Origin: Alphaproteobacteria bacterium
GTDB taxonomy: Bacteria; Pseudomonadota; Alphaproteobacteria; GCA-2731375
Length of the DNA: 64,000 bases
Assembly: GCA_965232515.1 (NCBI GenBank)
Contig: CBDDPY010000002.1
Span: 2,784,001 to 2,848,000, forward strand
Direction: 5' to 3'
The notes beneath the pieces were generated by a model that had not been told where the DNA came from, did no database searches, and worked only from the letters and a program-made list of their open reading frames with translations. The translations under genes were made by a program, and so were the position numbers. Within the stretch, counting starts at the first letter, position 1, and every line of letters begins with the position of its first letter. This document shows positions 60,082 through 64,000 of this stretch, in pieces.

Positions 60082-60843
60082 TCAGTTACCGCGGGCGGCG
60101 GCGATTTCGGCCTTGGCGCCCAGCGCCATCAGGCGGACGTCGTTCAGGATGGTGCAGAACTGGAAGCCCTTGTCGACCATGCGCTTGACCATGTCGCCCG
60201 AGCCGCAATGGATGCCGGCGGCGATGCCGGCCTCTCTGGCCGCCGTCTTGATGGTCTCGATGGCGTCGACCACGGTCGGCTCGCTCGGGTCCGGGCTGGG
60301 CGGAAAACCCAGGCTGATCGACAGGTCGCTCGGGCCGACGTAAATGCCGTCCAATCCCGGCGTCGACACGATCTCGGCGACGTTGTCGAGCGCTTCGCGG
60401 GTCTCGATCATCGCCATCGTGATGATGGTGTCATTGGCGTGCTGGGCATAGTCGGCGCCGCCATAAAGGATGCCGCGCGCCGGCCCGAAGCTGCGATAGC
60501 CCTGTGGCGCGTAACGGCAAGCGCCGACAAACTTCTCGGCCTCGGCCCGGTTGTTCACCATCGGGCAGACGATGCCATAGGCGCCGGCGTCCAGCAGCTT
60601 CATGATCGGCGCCGGGTCGTTCCAGGCGACGCGCGCCAGCGGCGGCTTGTCGGTCGTGGCGATGGCCTGGAACATCGGGATCGCGGCCTGGAAATCGACC
60701 ATGCCGTGCTGACAGTCCACGGTGACGCTGTCAAAGTCCTCGTGCGCCAACACCTCGGCGCTATAGGAATCCGCGGCGCCGCACCAGGCGTTGACGACGG
60801 CGCCGCCCTCGGCCCAGATCTTTTTGACTTTGTTCTCACGCAT
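60082..60843 (-). CDS. HpcH/HpaI aldolase family protein
   Basis: VDCQHG, LLDAGAYGIVCPMV, MIET, YVGPSDL. Confidence 0.92.
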   Translation of the reverse strand: MRENKVKKIWAEGGAVVNAWCGAADSYSAEVLAHEDFDSVTVDCQHGMVDFQAAIPMFQAIATTDKPPLARVAWNDPAPIMKLLDAGAYGIVCPMVNNRAEAEKFVGACRYAPQGYRSFGPARGILYGGADYAQHANDTIITMAMIETREALDNVAEIVSTPGLDGIYVGPSDLSISLGFPPSPDPSEPTVVDAIETIKTAAREAGIAAGIHCGSGDMVKRMVDKGFQFCTILNDVRLMALGAKAEIAAARGN

Positions 60844-60860
60844 GATTCGTTCCTTCCCGT

Positions 60861-61916
60861 TTAGGCGCGCGGCCGAGGTGGCCGGACGCCGAGCTTGTCG
60901 GCCCAGGGCTGCAGCGCCCCCATGATCGTCGGATAGAGTACGACACCATTCTCCAATGCCGCGCGCTTTCGCGCCAGTGCGCCGTCGCCCGGCATGCGCA
61001 CGGGCGGCTTGCCGTCCGGCACCGCCGCGGCGCGGCAGACATCAGCCAGATGACCGGTTTCGCGCCGAAACGCCTCGGCGCCGCCGAACGCGGCGGGGTC
61101 GATGATCTGCAGGAACACCGAGGCCCCCCACTGCGTCGGTCCCTCGGCGCGGCCGTAGCCGCACAGCCCCGAGGTCAACGCTTCGATCATCAGCGCCAGG
61201 CCGAAACCCTTGTGGCCGCGGTCGGGGCCGCCCAACGGCTGGAAGGCACCGGGCGGATCGGCACTCAACACCGCCGGGTCGTCACTGGGCCGGCCCTGAT
61301 TATCGATCAGCCATGGACCGGGCAGGCGCTCGCCCGCCGCGTCGAAACGGCCGGCCAGGCCCATGGTCGTGGCGGACGCGCTGATGTCGATCAGCACCGG
61401 ATCGCCGGATGTGGGAAAGCCAAAGGCAAGCGGGTCGGGCGTGAAGGTCGGCTGATAACTGCCATAGGGCGCCACGGCTTTCACCGACGGGTCCGAGCAG
61501 GTCAGCAGCACGGCGTATCCGCGTTCCGTGGCCAATGGTAGGAACGCCGCGAGACAGGCGATGTGGTGGCTGCGACGGATCGACACCGAGACCGTGCCGT
61601 GCTCGGCGACACGGCCCATGGCGGTCTCGATGGCGTGCGCGACCAGCCAGACACCGGACATATACCGGCCGTCCCAGGTCAGGACTCCACCGCGATCGGC
61701 GACCACGTCAGGCTCGCCGTCGGCCGCCATTTTGCCGGCCTCGAGGTCGCCGAGATAACCCGGCGCCTGGGCCAGGCCGTGGGTGTCGTGCCCCATCAGG
61801 TCGGCCTCGACCAGCAGCTCGCCGACCACCTTGGCGCGCGCCGCCGGCATGCCGAGGCCGGCGAACAGGTCGGCGCAATACGTCATCAGCGCCGACGCGT
61901 CGTACCGTTCGGCCAT
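60861..61916 (-). CDS. Ldh_2 (malate/L-lactate dehydrogenase type 2) family oxidoreductase
   Basis: ADLMGHDTHG, SHH, GHKGFGL, VRMPG. Confidence 0.9.
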   Translation of the reverse strand: MAERYDASALMTYCADLFAGLGMPAARAKVVGELLVEADLMGHDTHGLAQAPGYLGDLEAGKMAADGEPDVVADRGGVLTWDGRYMSGVWLVAHAIETAMGRVAEHGTVSVSIRRSHHIACLAAFLPLATERGYAVLLTCSDPSVKAVAPYGSYQPTFTPDPLAFGFPTSGDPVLIDISASATTMGLAGRFDAAGERLPGPWLIDNQGRPSDDPAVLSADPPGAFQPLGGPDRGHKGFGLALMIEALTSGLCGYGRAEGPTQWGASVFLQIIDPAAFGGAEAFRRETGHLADVCRAAAVPDGKPPVRMPGDGALARKRAALENGVVLYPTIMGALQPWADKLGVRPPRPRA

Positions 61917-61918
61917 GC

Positions 61919-62776
61919 TCAGGCGACCTCGGCCCGCCCGTTGTTCAGCACCACCACGTCGCGCTCGACGACGCTGCTGCGGAACGAGATCACGCCGTCG
62001 TCGCGCCAGACTTCGGTGCGGATGGTCTCGCCCGGATAGACCGGGGCCGAGAACCGGAGCGCCATGGACTTGAAGCGCGCCGGGTCGTAACCGCAGGCCG
62101 TCTTCAACAGCGCGTGCCCGGCGACGCCAAGCGTGCAGAGGCCGTGCAGGATCGGCCGTTCGAAGCCGGCCGCGACCGCGACCTTGGGATCGGCGTGCAG
62201 CGGATTGAAGTCACCCGACAGCCGGTAGATCAGCGCCGCCTGCGGCAGTGTGGGCAGGTCACAGACCTCGTCCGCATCGCGCTCAGGCAGCGCGTGCGGT
62301 TTCGGCGACGGTCCTTCCGGCCCGCCGAAGCCGCCGTCCCCGCGGGCGAACGTGGTCGAGGTCAGTGTCGCCAGCAGGTCGCCGCTCGCCTTGTCGACGA
62401 CGTCACGTTCGGACAGGATCAACGCGCCCCGGCCCTCGCCCTTGTCGATGATCTCGGTGACCCGCGTCCTGCCGACAACCGTGCCTTCGGCCGGCAGCGG
62501 CTTGTGCACGATGATGCCCTGCTCGCCGTGCAGCACCTTGACCCAGTCGACGCCGGTCTCCGGATCCTTCAGCCAGAAGCCGGGATAGCCCAGCACCACG
62601 CTCATGGTCGGCAGCGCCGCCATGCCGTCCTCGTAGACGAAGCGGAGCTGACGCTCGTCCATGGGATCGGCGCCGAGGCCGAGGCCAAGCGCGTAGAGGA
62701 TCGAGTCCTTGGTCGTGTAGGTCTGCTCGATCTCGCCGAAGTCCCAGTTCTTCAGCTTGTCGTAATCGATCGCCAT
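61919..62776 (-). CDS. Double-hotdog MaoC-type (R)-specific enoyl-CoA hydratase
   Basis: LYALGLG, LHGEQ, YRLSGDFNPLHADP, PILHGLCT. Confidence 0.93.
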   Translation of the reverse strand: MAIDYDKLKNWDFGEIEQTYTTKDSILYALGLGLGADPMDERQLRFVYEDGMAALPTMSVVLGYPGFWLKDPETGVDWVKVLHGEQGIIVHKPLPAEGTVVGRTRVTEIIDKGEGRGALILSERDVVDKASGDLLATLTSTTFARGDGGFGGPEGPSPKPHALPERDADEVCDLPTLPQAALIYRLSGDFNPLHADPKVAVAAGFERPILHGLCTLGVAGHALLKTACGYDPARFKSMALRFSAPVYPGETIRTEVWRDDGVISFRSSVVERDVVVLNNGRAEVA

Positions 62777-62792
62777 CTCGTCCCGCCCCGGC

Positions 62793-63713
62793 TCAGACCG
62801 GATCCCAGCTGAACACGTCGGCCGAGCGGTCCAGCGGATAGAAATGCGCCTTCATGGCCGGCATGGCGTGCTCGGCAATGGCTTCGGGCGTCCAGCCCTC
62901 GCTGCGCTGCACCGAGCGGATCGGCCGGTTCTGGCTGAACAGGAAGATCTCGTTGTGGCGGCAGCCGAAAATCTGGCCCGTTACTTCCGAGGCGGCGTCG
63001 CTGCAGAGATAGACCGCCAGCGGCGCGATCTTGGCCGGCACCATGTTCTTGATCTTCTCGACACGCTCGCGCTGCGCCTCGTCCGCGATCGGGATCGTGC
63101 CGATCAGCCGGCTCCAGGCGAACGGCGAAATGCAGTTCGAACGCACGTTGAAGCGCGCCATGTCGAGCGCCACCGACTTCGACAGGCCGACGATGCCGAG
63201 CTTGGCCGCAGCGTAGTTCGCCTGACCGAAGTTGCCGACCAAGCCCGAGGTCGAGGTCATGTGCACCATGGCGCCGGACTGCTGCTCGCGGAATTGCGTC
63301 GCCGCCGCGCGGGCGACGTTGAAGCTGCCCTTCAGGTGCACCGAGATCACCGAGTCCCAGTCGTCCTCGGTCATCTTGTGAAAGATGACGTCGCGCAGGA
63401 TGCCGGCATTGTTGACGACGCAGTCGATGCGGCCATAGGTGTCGACGGCCTGTTGCACCATGTTCTGGGCGGCCTGGAAGTCGGTGACGCTGTCGTAGTT
63501 GGCGACCGCCTCGCCGCCGGCCTCCTTGATGTCGCCGACCACCTCCATGGCGGGCGTGCGGTCCGAGCCCTCGCCCTTCTCGGTGCCGCCGATATCGTTC
63601 ACCACCACCTTGGCGCCCTGGGCGGCCAGCAGCAGCGAGATGTCCCGGCCGATGCCGCGTCCGGCACCGGTCACGATGACCACCTTGTCCTTAACCATCT
63701 GTCCGTTCGTCAT
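62793..63713 (-). CDS. SDR, (3R)-hydroxyacyl-CoA dehydrogenase-like
   Basis: TGAGRGIG, VVVNDIG, NNAGILRD, GNFGQANYAAAK. Confidence 0.92.
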   Translation of the reverse strand: MTNGQMVKDKVVIVTGAGRGIGRDISLLLAAQGAKVVVNDIGGTEKGEGSDRTPAMEVVGDIKEAGGEAVANYDSVTDFQAAQNMVQQAVDTYGRIDCVVNNAGILRDVIFHKMTEDDWDSVISVHLKGSFNVARAAATQFREQQSGAMVHMTSTSGLVGNFGQANYAAAKLGIVGLSKSVALDMARFNVRSNCISPFAWSRLIGTIPIADEAQRERVEKIKNMVPAKIAPLAVYLCSDAASEVTGQIFGCRHNEIFLFSQNRPIRSVQRSEGWTPEAIAEHAMPAMKAHFYPLDRSADVFSWDPV

Positions 63714-63859
63714 GGCGTTTACACCCTTACCCTGTTGTCGTTCCGGTCGTATCTGCCCTCTTTTTAGGCCGCGACAACCGGCGGGGCCAGCGCTTAACAC
63801 CATCGTTTTCGAAAATTACGGCCGTTCGTTAGAATGCGGACCGCACGGAGGAGACATTT

Positions 63860-64000
63860 ATGTTTGAACGCACGTTGTATGACGAGGAACACGAGATCTT
63901 TCGCGAGACGGCGCGCCGGTTCGTCGAGAAGGAGATCGTGCCCTATCACGACCAGTGGGAGAAGGACGGCCAGATCTCGCGTGAGGCCTGGCGCGCCGCC
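63860..64000 (+). CDS. Acyl-CoA dehydrogenase, 5' part (runs off the window)
   Basis: Manual translation MFERTLYDEEHEIFRETARRFVEKEIVPYHDQWEKDGQISREAW; GGAGGAG RBS. Confidence 0.85.
   Translation, partial: MFERTLYDEEHEIFRETARRFVEKEIVPYHDQWEKDGQISREAWRAA

Noticed and set aside
1-64000. CRISPR arrays, tRNA/rRNA genes, IS elements, prophage genes
   Set aside because: None seen by eye; the intergenic gaps are short and lack such patterns, although small RNAs could have been missed

Overview
GC-rich bacterial DNA, most likely from an alphaproteobacterium (inferred from CtrA-type boxes, several stand-alone PAS_5-like proteins and the palindromic repeat type). It is almost fully coding, mostly on the minus strand. 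I found no rRNA, tRNA, CRISPR array, transposase or phage gene. The main finding is a six-gene minus-strand operon at 1607-6959 that resembles a divergent Fap (functional amyloid) secretion system. It encodes three Sec-exported repeat proteins, a stand-alone signal-peptide-bearing C39 peptidase (FapD-like), a FapF-like outer-membrane barrel and a peptidoglycan-binding accessory protein. All three putative fibre subunits carry a double-glycine-type leader (EM[TG]DxxLxxVx[GA]G) directly behind the signal peptide, and their repeat lacks the canonical Fap NQQxN. The second finding is a 16-kb region where hutU and hutH bracket two desaturase-fold di-iron enzymes, a signal-less PhnD-fold protein, an XRE regulator, a flavin oxidoreductase and a peptide-type ABC transporter, suggesting catabolism of a modified histidine. 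The third is a small signalling island (36.1-39.2 kb) with a perfect CtrA box, a PAS-like protein, a GNAT-like orphan and an atypical FixJ-like regulator. The rest is metabolic or envelope: TRAP genes, mgdABCD/sox-like genes with fhs, ndh, ydbH-ynbE-ydbL, a haloalkane dehalogenase and beta-oxidation genes. All calls come from motif recognition by eye; no database search was run.
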